A stretch of DNA of 64,000 nt, from contig JBDHHQ010000021.1 of NCBI GenBank assembly GCA_039589315.1, forward strand, positions 44,145 to 108,144, read 5' to 3'. The DNA is from Gemmatimonadota bacterium (GTDB lineage: Bacteria; Gemmatimonadota; Gemmatimonadetes; Longimicrobiales; Gaopeijiaceae). Each line of letters opens with the position of its first letter. Positions within the stretch are counted from its first letter, which is position 1. The notes under the pieces were generated by a model that worked only from the letters and a program-made list of their open reading frames with translations, was not told the origin of the DNA and ran no database searches. Below are positions 1-9,301 of the stretch, piece by piece. The position numbers and the translations under genes were made by a program.

Positions 1-758
1 GCCGCGTCGGTGAGCGCCTCCCACGTGTCGCCTCCGTCCGCCGAGCGCCACAGCCCGCTGCCCGGACCGCCGGAGCGGAAGTACCACGGCTGCCGGCGGA
101 AGTCGTACATGGCGGCGTACAGGATCCTCGGGTTGGCCGGGTCCATGGCCAGGTCGGCCGCGCCCGTGGTGTCATCGACGTACAGGATTCTGTCCCACGT
201 TGCACCGCCGTCGGTGGAGCGAAAGATGCCCCGATCAGGATGGTCCCCCCACTCGTGGCCCAGAGCGGCCACGTAGACGACGTCCGGATCGGTGGGGTGG
301 ATGCGGATCCGGGTGATCTTCTCCGTGCCGCCCAACCCCAGAGACGTCCAGGTCTCGCCGGCGTCCACGCTGCGCCACACCCCCCGACCCACTGAAGCGC
401 TGTTCCGGGGGTTGCCCTCACCTGTGCCCACGTAGATGACGTTGGGATCCGACGGTGCTACGGCGATGGCGCCGATGCTGGGCACGCCGATCTCGTCGAA
501 GATGGGCTCGAACGTGACGCCCCCGTTCCGCGTACGGAAGACGCCTCCCGACGCATGACCGAAGTAGAACGTGAGCTGGTCGCCCGGGACGCCGGCGATG
601 GCGGCCACCCGCCCGCCCATGATGGCGGGACCGATGGAGCGGAACTCCAGGGCGGCGAGGGCTTCGTCCGGCCCGTCCTGGCCCGTCAAGGCGGGCGGCC
701 CTGCGAGCACGACGGAGAGGAGGAAGCTCAGGGCAGGCAGGATCAGTCGGACATGCAT
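1..758 (-). CDS. Secreted VPS10/BNR-repeat (sortilin-like) glycosyl-hydrolase-like beta-propeller protein, 5' part (runs off window)
   Basis: Not in ORF track. Manual minus-strand translation from ATG 758: MHVRLILPALSFLL...LEFRSIGPAIMGGRVAAIAGVPGDQLTFYFGHASGGVFRTRNGGVTFEPIFD...SIGAIAVAPSDPNVIYVGTGE; repeated S/T-x-D-G-G-x-T-W boxes. Confidence 0.85.
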   Translation of the reverse strand, partial: MHVRLILPALSFLLSVVLAGPPALTGQDGPDEALAALEFRSIGPAIMGGRVAAIAGVPGDQLTFYFGHASGGVFRTRNGGVTFEPIFDEIGVPSIGAIAVAPSDPNVIYVGTGEGNPRNSASVGRGVWRSVDAGETWTSLGLGGTEKITRIRIHPTDPDVVYVAALGHEWGDHPDRGIFRSTDGGATWDRILYVDDTTGAADLAMDPANPRILYAAMYDFRRQPWYFRSGGPGSGLWRSADGGDTWEALTDA

Positions 759-970
759 GGTCGCGTCCCCCGGGATAACACGTGCAGGTCTGGGCAGGAA
801 GAAGAGATTAGAATAGGGGGGAGGCCCCGTGCCGTCGATGCGGGGTAGCACCGAGTCCCTCCCGGGTCGGCTCGGGACCGGTCCCAGGATGGCGGCGGGG
901 AGCGAGACCGCTAGCCGAACATGCGTGGTTCAGGACCCGGTCTCCAAGACCGATTACACCGGAGCGAAGG

Positions 971-1633
971 ATGTTCCCACAGGCTCATGGCGCGATCCGA
1001 CCTGCGGCTCCGGCCGTGAACGAGGAATCCTCCGCTCGTCCGGTGCTGCTACAGCGAGGACGCCGTCTCGAATACCTGACCATCGGCTGGAACGTCGTGG
1101 AGGCCGGGGTGTCCATCGCCGCCGGCGTTGTGGCCGGGAGCACGGCGTTGATCGGCTTCGGCATCGACGCCGCTATCGAAAGCGCCTCGGGTGCCACGCT
1201 GCTCTGGCGACTGCAGGACTCGGAGCACGCTGAGGCCCGGGAGGAAACAGCGCTCAAGCTGGTGGGCCTGTCATTCCTGCTCCTGGCGGCGTGGGTGGCT
1301 TACGACGCCGTGCAGACGCTGCTTGCGCAGAGCGCACCCGACGCGAGCCCTGCCGGGATCGTCATCGCGTCCCTCTCGCTGGTGGTCATGCCCTGGTTGG
1401 CGTGGCGGAAGCGGCGGGTGGCCGCGCTTCTGTCGAGTCGAGCGCTGCAGGCCGACTCGCGACAGACCTCGCTGTGCGCCTACCTCTCGGCGATCCTCTT
1501 GGGCGGACTCACGCTCAACGCCCTGTTGGGGTGGTGGTGGGCCGATCCCGTGGCCGCTTTGATCATGGTGCCGATCATCACGAACGAGGGGGTCGAGGCG
1601 CTCCGGGGAGAGCGGTGCGACGACAGGTGCTGA
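971..1633 (+). CDS. Cation efflux (CDF-like) transporter, short form
   Basis: LEYLTIGWNVVEA, FGIDAAIE, ADSRQTSLCAY, WWWADPVAAL motifs; Cys-containing C-terminus; true start may be slightly downstream. Confidence 0.8.
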   Translation: MFPQAHGAIRPAAPAVNEESSARPVLLQRGRRLEYLTIGWNVVEAGVSIAAGVVAGSTALIGFGIDAAIESASGATLLWRLQDSEHAEAREETALKLVGLSFLLLAAWVAYDAVQTLLAQSAPDASPAGIVIASLSLVVMPWLAWRKRRVAALLSSRALQADSRQTSLCAYLSAILLGGLTLNALLGWWWADPVAALIMVPIITNEGVEALRGERCDDRC

Positions 1634-1958
1634 GGATGGTCGCCGGATAGGAGCCGGGGGGTGCCGTGCAACGACGCGACGGGGATGGGCCTGGCCCCGC
1701 ACAGCGACGCAGATCGAGCCCGCCGTCTCGGCGTCACTACCTTGTTCGGTCGTGCTCCCGTCCGCAAACTAATGCCCCGTTGGCGGAGGATCTCAGCCGG
1801 TCGGCGGCACGGGCCTCCGTCGGAGCTCGGTGCGCGGCCGCGGCCGCTGCCACGACGCCTCACCCTGGTCCCGCGTGCACATTCCCCTTCGGTCCGTCAG
1901 TGTAGGGCCTTGGGCGACAGGGCTCGACGCCCGTACCTGTAACGGAGCAGCCTGACCC

Positions 1959-3326
1959 ATGCGTTTCACCAGCACTGATCCATCGAGCGGCGAGGTGATC
2001 GCCGAGTATCCTTCGTTGACCGACGCCGAGGTAGCGGAGGTCCTGACTCGCGCGGACATGGCGTTCCGGTCATGGCGGCGTGTGGATTCGTCCTCGCGGG
2101 CCCGAGTCCTGACCGCCACGGCCGGCGTTCTGCGTGACCGGCTGGAGGACCTCGCGCGCCTCGTGACGCAGGAGATGGGCAAACCCCTGGACCAGGCTCG
2201 GGCCGAGGTGGAGAAGTGCGCCTGGGTATGCGAGTACTACGCAGCCGAGGGGACGGACCACCTCGCACCGGTCGCCGTCGAGACCGACGCGTTCCGCAGC
2301 ATGGTGGCCTTCGAGCCCCTGGGTGTGATCCTGGCCATCATGCCGTGGAACTTCCCTTTGTGGCAGGTCGTGCGGTTCGCGGCGCCCACGCTGATGGCCG
2401 GCAACGCAGCCCTCCTCAAGCACGCGCCCACCACTCAGGGATGCGCACACGCCATCGAGGACGTGTTCCTCGAGGCCCGGCTTCCCGGCGGCGTCTTCCA
2501 GAACCTGCCCGTCGACGTGGACGCGATTCCCGGCATCATCGCAGACCCGAGGGTGGCAGCGGTCACGCTGACCGGAAGCACCCGGGCGGGTAAGGCGGTG
2601 GCTGCCACGGCGGGCGCCCACATAAAGAAGACGGTGCTGGAGCTGGGCGGGAGCGACCCGTACCTGATCCTGGAGGACGCGGACCTGGATGCCGCGGCGG
2701 CCCAGTGCACGACCGGCAGGCTGATCAACTCCGGGCAGAGCTGCATCGCGGCCAAGCGGTTCATCGTAGTCGCGTCGGTCATGGACGACTTCAGGGAGCG
2801 GGTGCTGGCCAGGATGGGCGCGGCCGTGATGGGCGATCCCCTGAACCCGGCCACCCACGTCGGCCCCATGGCGCGGAAGGACCTCCGGGACACGCTCCGC
2901 GATCAGGTGGCGCGTAGCGTCCGGGCCGGCGCCCTCTGTCTGCTCGGCGGCCAGGTCCCCGAGCGCCCGGGCTGGTTCTATCCGCCGACGGTGCTGAGCG
3001 ACGTCCGCCCGGGCATGGCCGCTTTCGACGAGGAGCTGTTCGGGCCCGTCGCGACCCTTATCGAGGCGCGGGACGAGGTGGATGCGATCGAGTTGGCCAA
3101 TCGGACACGCTACGGCCTGTCCGCTGCGGTCTTCACGCGCGACCTGGAGCGGGGCGAGCGGATCGCCCGGGAGCGCATCGAGGCCGGAGCCTGCTTCGTG
3201 AACGCGTTCGGCCGCTCCGACCCCCGCCTTCCCTTCGGTGGAATCAAGGAGAGCGGATACGGTCGGGAGCTCTCGGAGTTCGGGATCCGGGAGTTCGTGA
3301 ACATCAAGACCGTCTGGGTCGCTTGA
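1959..3326 (+). CDS. NAD(P)-dependent succinate-semialdehyde dehydrogenase-like aldehyde dehydrogenase
   Basis: IMPWNFP, TGSTRAG, LELGGSDP, GQSCIAAKR, EELFGP, PFGGIKESGYGRE. Confidence 0.9.
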   Translation: MRFTSTDPSSGEVIAEYPSLTDAEVAEVLTRADMAFRSWRRVDSSSRARVLTATAGVLRDRLEDLARLVTQEMGKPLDQARAEVEKCAWVCEYYAAEGTDHLAPVAVETDAFRSMVAFEPLGVILAIMPWNFPLWQVVRFAAPTLMAGNAALLKHAPTTQGCAHAIEDVFLEARLPGGVFQNLPVDVDAIPGIIADPRVAAVTLTGSTRAGKAVAATAGAHIKKTVLELGGSDPYLILEDADLDAAAAQCTTGRLINSGQSCIAAKRFIVVASVMDDFRERVLARMGAAVMGDPLNPATHVGPMARKDLRDTLRDQVARSVRAGALCLLGGQVPERPGWFYPPTVLSDVRPGMAAFDEELFGPVATLIEARDEVDAIELANRTRYGLSAAVFTRDLERGERIARERIEAGACFVNAFGRSDPRLPFGGIKESGYGRELSEFGIREFVNIKTVWVA

Positions 3327-3336
3327 GGGGCGGACA

Positions 3337-4590
3337 ATGGAGGTCTTTCACGTCGTTGCGGCCCTCATGGCGCTGGCCGCCGTCTTCGCCTGGCTCAACC
3401 ACCGCTACCTGAAGCTGCCGACCACGATCGGACTGCTGGTCATCTCCATGGTCTTCTCCCTGGCGATGGTTCTGCTCGGCGCGGCGGGGGTTCGCTTCCA
3501 GGGACTGCGCGACCTGCTCCTGGCGGTCGACTTCGACCAGGCGCTGCTCCACGGCATGCTGGGAGCGCTACTGTTTGCCGGGGCGCTGCACGTCAACCTG
3601 GACGACCTGGCCGAGCAGAAGTGGGTGGTCCTACTGCTCGCCACCGTCGGCGTAATCACGTCCACGGCGCTGGTGGGCCTGGGAACGTGGTGGCTGCTCG
3701 ACGCCCTCGGCGTCGGGTTGCCCCTCGTCTTTTGCCTGCTGTTGGGCGCGTTGATCTCACCGACCGATCCCATCGCGGTGGGGGCGATTCTCCGAAACCT
3801 CGGCGCACCGCGGCGCCTCATGACCACAATCACCGGCGAGTCCCTGTTCAACGACGGGATCGGGGTGGTGCTGTTCCTCGTGCTCCTGGGGATCGCCACC
3901 GGTGGCCACGGGAGCGACGCGACGGCAGCGGGAGTGCTTCAGCTCCTCGTGGTGGAAGTGGGCGGTGGCGTCGTCTGGGGTGCGTTGCTGGGTCTCGTGG
4001 CGTACGGAATGCTGAAGAGCGTGGACAACTACCAGGTGGAGATCATGGTCACACTCGCCCTGGTGACCGCCGGCTACGCCATGGCCGACCGACTCCACAT
4101 CTCCGGCCCCCTGGCCATGGTCGTGGCAGGGCTGCTGATCGGGAACCACGGTCGCCGATTCGCCATGTCCGAGCGCACCCAGGAGCGCCTGGACGGATTC
4201 TGGGAGCTGGTGGATGAGCTCCTTAACGCGCTCCTGTTCGTGATGATCGGCGTCGAGGTGCTCGTGCTCGCGTTCTCCATCCCTGCGGTCATCGCGGGGG
4301 TCGCCATGATCCCGCTGACCCTGGCCGCTCGCTGGATCGCCGTGAGCATCCCGCTCACCGCCCTTCGGGGACGCCACGGCCTCCCGCGGCGGGCGGCCGA
4401 GATCCTGACCTGGGCGGGCCTCAGGGGCGGGATCTCGGTGGCACTGGCACTCTCCCTCCCGGCTGGTCCCGAGCGGGACCTGACGCTCACGATCACCTAC
4501 ATCGTGGTGGCGTTCTCCATTGTCGCTCAGGGGCTGACCGTAGAGGCTGTAGTACGGCGGTTGGTGGAGGATCCGCCGGCTGAAGGGTAA
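3337..4590 (+). CDS. nhaP: CPA1 Na+/H+ antiporter (NhaP type)
   Basis: ISPTDPIAV, GESLFNDG, GLRGGISVALALSLP; multi-TM. Confidence 0.88.
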   Translation: MEVFHVVAALMALAAVFAWLNHRYLKLPTTIGLLVISMVFSLAMVLLGAAGVRFQGLRDLLLAVDFDQALLHGMLGALLFAGALHVNLDDLAEQKWVVLLLATVGVITSTALVGLGTWWLLDALGVGLPLVFCLLLGALISPTDPIAVGAILRNLGAPRRLMTTITGESLFNDGIGVVLFLVLLGIATGGHGSDATAAGVLQLLVVEVGGGVVWGALLGLVAYGMLKSVDNYQVEIMVTLALVTAGYAMADRLHISGPLAMVVAGLLIGNHGRRFAMSERTQERLDGFWELVDELLNALLFVMIGVEVLVLAFSIPAVIAGVAMIPLTLAARWIAVSIPLTALRGRHGLPRRAAEILTWAGLRGGISVALALSLPAGPERDLTLTITYIVVAFSIVAQGLTVEAVVRRLVEDPPAEG

Positions 4591-4646
4591 GCCCGGCCCA
4601 CGCCTATCCACTTGATGATCGGCGGCTTGGCCCCCACCATGCCCCG

Positions 4647-6158
4647 ATGACACAAGCTGCTACGACCGCGCCGACCGATCGCGCGCCCACCGGACTCATC
4701 CGGGAGCTGGGGCTGCTGGGCCTGGCCGCCACCGGCATCTGCTCGATGCTGGGGGCCGCTATCAACGTCATCCCCATCATGATCCACCGGAGCGTCCCGG
4801 GGATCGGCCCCAATGTGCTACCCGCCTACCTTTACGGCGCCCTCCCGGCGATCCTCGCAGCGCTGGCGTACGCAATCCTCGCCTCGGCCATGCCACGGGC
4901 AGGCGGGAGCTACGTGTACGCCAGTCGAGCGCTCCACCCTTATCTGGGCTTCGTCGCCAGTTTCTCCCAGTGGTTCGGCTTGTGCATCGCCATCGGGGTG
5001 GTCTCGTACGTAGTCGTGCCGTTCCTGCGGGACATAGCCGCGGCGCTCGAGATGAGTGGCCTGGCAGCCACGCTGGACGCGGGGCCGGCCCGAGTGGGGA
5101 TCGCCCTCGCGTTCCTTTGGACCTTCGTAGGCGTCAACCTCCGGGGTGTGAAGCTCTACGAACGAACGCTGGTCCCACTCATGTTCCTCATGTTCGCTCT
5201 GGGGAGCATCGTGATCGTGGCGGGGTTCTCGTTCGACCACGCCGACTTCGCCGCGGCGCTCGCCGCGCGGGAGGGCGCCCAAGTCCCTGCCGATCCCGGC
5301 ACGCCCTTCCGTCTGGGTCCGTTCCTGGCCGCGGCGGCGCTGCTGTTCTCGAGCTTCATCGGGTTCGACTCCATCGCCCAGGCCGGCGGCGAGGCAAGGA
5401 ACCCCAATCGGGCCCTGCCCCTGGCGATCGGCATTGCCGTCGCCACGGTGGGCACCTTCTACATCCTCTTCACGGCGGCCGTGTACCACGCCGTCCCGTG
5501 GACCTTCGTGGCCGAGCGCGCGCAGGAGACGGACCTGACGGCCCCCGGGCTGTTGGGCTACGTGCTCCCCACCGGTTGGACCGTGGCGATCGTGGCCGGC
5601 GCCGCCATTGCCCTGATCAACGACCTCCCGGCCATGCTCCTGGCCGTCTCCCGGCTCATGTTCGCCTGGGCCGAGGACGGGATCTTCCCGAAGCAGGTGG
5701 CGAAGGTGCACGCGCGACGCCACACCCCACACGTGGCCATCGTGGCCAGCGGGCTCATGGCTTCGGTGGGGATCCTGGGAAGCCACTTCGCCGGGGACTT
5801 CTTCCTGGGCGTGGACATCCTGGTCACGTCGATGCTGGTGAACTTCCTGCTGATGTGCCTCTCGGTCTTGATCCTGCCGCGGCGGAATCCCGAGTTGGCC
5901 GCCGAGGTCCGGGTGATCGGGTCCCGGCGGGGGCAGGTGCCCATCGCGGTCGGTGGCGTCGTGCTCCTGGGCATCTTCCTGGTCGTGCACGTCGTGAAGG
6001 ACATGGGGGCTCCGGTGGAGGCGTGGTACTTCCGCTCCACGTGGCTCTGGATCCTGGTGATGGCGCTCGCCAGCGTGGTGTTCCTGAGGGAGTGGCGGGC
6101 GCTGGAGGCGAGCGGGGTGGACGTGAAGGCTCGGTTCGCCGAGCTGCCACCGGAGTAG
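4647..6158 (+). CDS. APC family amino-acid permease
   Basis: AMPRAGGSYVY, FIGFDSIAQAGGEARNP, SRLMFAWAEDGIFP, TPHVAI; about 12 TM segments. Confidence 0.88.
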   Translation: MTQAATTAPTDRAPTGLIRELGLLGLAATGICSMLGAAINVIPIMIHRSVPGIGPNVLPAYLYGALPAILAALAYAILASAMPRAGGSYVYASRALHPYLGFVASFSQWFGLCIAIGVVSYVVVPFLRDIAAALEMSGLAATLDAGPARVGIALAFLWTFVGVNLRGVKLYERTLVPLMFLMFALGSIVIVAGFSFDHADFAAALAAREGAQVPADPGTPFRLGPFLAAAALLFSSFIGFDSIAQAGGEARNPNRALPLAIGIAVATVGTFYILFTAAVYHAVPWTFVAERAQETDLTAPGLLGYVLPTGWTVAIVAGAAIALINDLPAMLLAVSRLMFAWAEDGIFPKQVAKVHARRHTPHVAIVASGLMASVGILGSHFAGDFFLGVDILVTSMLVNFLLMCLSVLILPRRNPELAAEVRVIGSRRGQVPIAVGGVVLLGIFLVVHVVKDMGAPVEAWYFRSTWLWILVMALASVVFLREWRALEASGVDVKARFAELPPE

Positions 6159-6296
6159 AGGGGACGTGTTCATGAAGATACCACCTGCCAGGGCGTGCAG
6201 AGTCGGCCTCACACCGGACATGGTCCCTGTCCGGGCTCCCGCCGCACCGGGCACAGGATCCGCCTCGGGTGGGCGCCAGGGGCGGGCGCGCTGACC

Positions 6297-7397
6297 GTGT
6301 CGGATTCTACCCGTCCCTCCGACACCGCCGCGGGCTTCGAGGTCAACGCGGACTTCCGCCGCTTCAACCAGAAGAACGACGTCTTCTGCCGCTCCTTCTG
6401 GGATCCGACGGTCCGGTCGGGCCGTTCCGGCCTCTTCTACCAGTCCTACCGCACTCCGCTGATCGAGTGGAAGAAGGTGGAGGGCTTCACCCAGCGGGAC
6501 TACGCGCTCCGGAACGCCGCCTGGCACGTGACGGACATCTTCGCCGAGCTCAAGGAGGACGGGGACCGGCGAGAGGGCTTCCTGGATGAGTACACCGTTC
6601 TACGGGATGGCCCGGACCAGAAAGTCGACGTCGAATCGCCCGAGGCCATGGCCACCGAGATCAAGCACGTGGCCAAGACATTCGGCGCCGACCTGGTCGG
6701 GATCACCGACTTCGACGAGCGGTGGATCTACACCCGGAAGTACTCGCGCCAGCGGGAGAACGAGAAGCCCCAGGAGATTCCGGGCGATCTCACCAACGTC
6801 ATCGTCATCGCCCAGTCCATGGACCGGGACCTGATCCGCACGGTGCCCTCGGCGCTCAGCGGCACTGCAACCGGGCTCGGATACGCCCACGACACCGTGG
6901 TACTACTTGGCCTCACTCAGTACATCCTGAACCTGGGCTACCGGGCCGTGGCCAGCATGAACGACTCGGCGCTGGCGATCCCGTATGCCCTGAAAGCCGG
7001 CCTGGGGGAGTACGGGCGCCACGGCCTGGTGATCACCGAGGAGTTCGGGCCGCGCGTTCGCTTCGGCAAGATCTTCACCGATCTGCCTCTGGCCCACGAC
7101 AGCCCGAAGCGCTTCGGTGTGAAGGAGTTCTGCGAGGTGTGCCGGGCGTGCACGGATGCGTGCCCGGCGAATGCAATACCAGGCGGCACGCCCAGCACGG
7201 AGGTCCACAACATCTCGAACATCCGGGGAGTGAAGAAGTGGACCGTCGATGGAGAGAAGTGCTTCAGGTTCTGGGCGAACCAGAACAGCGACTGCTCGAT
7301 CTGCGTGCGCGTCTGCCCCTACAACCGGGACTATGGCAAGCTCTCCAGAAACGGTGAAGTGCGGCGCAGCCGAGGACTCGCGTCGCCGATGCGGTAA
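6297..7397 (+). CDS. Reductive dehalogenase (RdhA)-like corrinoid/2x[4Fe-4S] protein, no TAT signal
   Basis: IKHVAKTFGADLVGIT, AGLGEYGRHGLVITEEFGPRVRF..IFTDLPL, CxxCxxCxxxCP (7131-7166) and Cx10CxxCxxxCP (7260-7319); probable GTG start 6297 (track ORF opens at 6195). Confidence 0.8.
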   Translation: MSDSTRPSDTAAGFEVNADFRRFNQKNDVFCRSFWDPTVRSGRSGLFYQSYRTPLIEWKKVEGFTQRDYALRNAAWHVTDIFAELKEDGDRREGFLDEYTVLRDGPDQKVDVESPEAMATEIKHVAKTFGADLVGITDFDERWIYTRKYSRQRENEKPQEIPGDLTNVIVIAQSMDRDLIRTVPSALSGTATGLGYAHDTVVLLGLTQYILNLGYRAVASMNDSALAIPYALKAGLGEYGRHGLVITEEFGPRVRFGKIFTDLPLAHDSPKRFGVKEFCEVCRACTDACPANAIPGGTPSTEVHNISNIRGVKKWTVDGEKCFRFWANQNSDCSICVRVCPYNRDYGKLSRNGEVRRSRGLASPMR

Positions 7398-7500
7398 CCC
7401 GTGGCGGATAGGACGCCAGGGGGAGGCGGATCGGACGACACGCGGCGCAATCGGGCAATGCCCTGTGCTGCGCGAGAGAAACCTGACCACGGAGCATCGA

Positions 7501-9255
7501 ATGCCGGGGAGACGTACGGGGATCTTCGACGGGACTTCCGCGATGGGCATCGTGGTCGCTCTGGTATCGTTCTGGGTCTGCGCCACGTCCGCGCAGGCTT
7601 CCTCTAGCGCAATGGACGGGGGGGCCGCGGCGGCAACGATCCCGTCCAGCGTGGCAACGAATCCGTCAGTGGCGGTTGCCGGCGAGGCCGGGTCAACACC
7701 TCCAGCGCCCGCAGTGGTGACCCCGACGGCGGACGCCTCGGGCGACACGATCCCGCTCTACGGCAACCTGGGGCCTCACACCCGGCCGATCACGACCTCG
7801 TCCCCGTTGGCGCAAGCGTACTTCGATCAGGCCAAGCAGCTGACGTTCGCCTACGGCCACTCCGAGGCGTTGCCCTCCTTCAAGGAAGCCCAGCGCCAAG
7901 ATCCCGAGTGCGCCATGTGCTTCTGGGGCGAGGCCTGGGCCAACGGGCCCTACCTCAATTCGGGGATGGACGAGGAAGAGGGGATCGCGGCGAATGCCGC
8001 GATCCAAAGGGCAATGGAGCTGCGGCACGCTGGCACTGACGTCGAGAAGGCCCTCATCGAGGCCATGGCCACCCGGTACGTTGCCGAGCCCACCCAAGCC
8101 AACCGCGCTCCCCTCGACAGCGCCTACGCCGACGCCATGAGGGACGTGGTTCGGAGATTTCCCAACGACCTGGACGCCGGCAGCCTACTGGGGGAGGCGC
8201 TGATGCTCTTGGCTCCGCGGCGGTTCTGGGACGAATACGGAGACCCGAACCCTGGCGTGGAGGAGATGGTGGCGGTCCTCGAGAGCGTCCTGGCCCGGGA
8301 CATCAAGCACCCCGGGGCTTGCCATCACTACATCCACCTCGTGGAGGCGTCTCCCACGCCGGAGCGGGCCGAAGCCTGTGCCGACCACCTCGGCAGCGCC
8401 ATTCCCGGCGCCAGCCACATCAACCACATGCCGTCCCACATCTACATGAACATCGGGCGCTACGGCGACGCGGTGAAGGCCAACCAGCAGGCCTGGCACA
8501 CGGACCTCAAGGCTGCTTACGGCGGTCCTCCCGGGATCTACCCGACCCACAATCTCCATATGATGCTGTTCGGGGCCTGGCTGGACGGACAGAGCGCGGT
8601 GGCGATGCAAGCCGCGCGAGACCTGGCCCGGATCGCGGAGAATTCGGCCTTCTACGTTCCGGTGGCGCTGGTACGTTTCGGGCGCTGGGACGAAGTGCTG
8701 GAGTTGCCCGACGGTCCCGACACGCCGTTCCAGCGGGCGTTGTGGGACTTCAGCCGTGGGATGGCCACGCTTCGGCTCGGAGACGCCCAGGCGGCCCGTA
8801 CGCACCTGACCGAGGTGGATCGGGTCGTGGACGAGCTGCCGGACTCCATGAGTCGGAGCTTCCGCCGTCACAAGCAGCGGGACCTGCTCCTCATGGCTCG
8901 TGGGGTTCTCTCCGGTGAGATCGACGCCTCGGAGGGCCGTTACGATCAGGCCATCGAGGCCCTGCGCGCCGCTGCCACCGTGGAGGACAACCTCGCCTAC
9001 GACGAGCCCGAGCCTTGGCCCATCCCCGTGCGTCACGTGCTGGGCGCGGTCCTCCTGGAGGCGGGTTGGCCGTCCGAAGCGGAAGTGGAATACAAGAAGG
9101 AGCTGGACCACCACAAGGAGAACGGTTGGTCGCTGTTCGGCTTGGCTCAGAGTCTCGAGGCGCAGGACAGGAACGACGAGGCGGGGGAGGTCTGGCAGCG
9201 CTTCGAGCGCGCCTGGGGCCGGTCCGACCTGTGGATTCGGTCGTCACGTTTCTGA
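7501..9255 (+). CDS. Secreted TPR-like protein with His-rich conserved motifs
   Basis: Hydrophobic N-terminus; TSSPLAQAYFDQ, HPGACHHYIH, HINHMPSHIY, ENGWSLFGL; start 7501 or 7543. Confidence 0.75.
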   Translation: MPGRRTGIFDGTSAMGIVVALVSFWVCATSAQASSSAMDGGAAAATIPSSVATNPSVAVAGEAGSTPPAPAVVTPTADASGDTIPLYGNLGPHTRPITTSSPLAQAYFDQAKQLTFAYGHSEALPSFKEAQRQDPECAMCFWGEAWANGPYLNSGMDEEEGIAANAAIQRAMELRHAGTDVEKALIEAMATRYVAEPTQANRAPLDSAYADAMRDVVRRFPNDLDAGSLLGEALMLLAPRRFWDEYGDPNPGVEEMVAVLESVLARDIKHPGACHHYIHLVEASPTPERAEACADHLGSAIPGASHINHMPSHIYMNIGRYGDAVKANQQAWHTDLKAAYGGPPGIYPTHNLHMMLFGAWLDGQSAVAMQAARDLARIAENSAFYVPVALVRFGRWDEVLELPDGPDTPFQRALWDFSRGMATLRLGDAQAARTHLTEVDRVVDELPDSMSRSFRRHKQRDLLLMARGVLSGEIDASEGRYDQAIEALRAAATVEDNLAYDEPEPWPIPVRHVLGAVLLEAGWPSEAEVEYKKELDHHKENGWSLFGLAQSLEAQDRNDEAGEVWQRFERAWGRSDLWIRSSRF

Positions 9256-9301
9256 CCCGAGGGATCCGACTCCGTATCGACTCCGGAAAGGACCACTGAT
9301 C

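Noticed and set aside
1616..1650. Selenocysteine read-through at the CDF C-terminal Cys-TGA
   Set aside because: No recognisable SECIS and no meaningful downstream extension
1634..1958. Long intergenic region as a possible ncRNA
   Set aside because: No recognisable RNA family or convincing structure beyond GC-rich pairing
4615..4650. Short ORF MIGGLAPTMPR ending in an ATGA overlap with the APC start
   Set aside because: No RBS and no upstream overlap; readily arises by chance
6159..6296. Cobalamin riboswitch upstream of the rdh-like gene
   Set aside because: Spacer is short and I could not recognise the conserved B12-box elements
6297..7397. Epoxyqueuosine reductase QueG call
   Set aside because: Lacks QueG-type CISY/GCDxCQ signatures; second cluster spacing is RdhA-type
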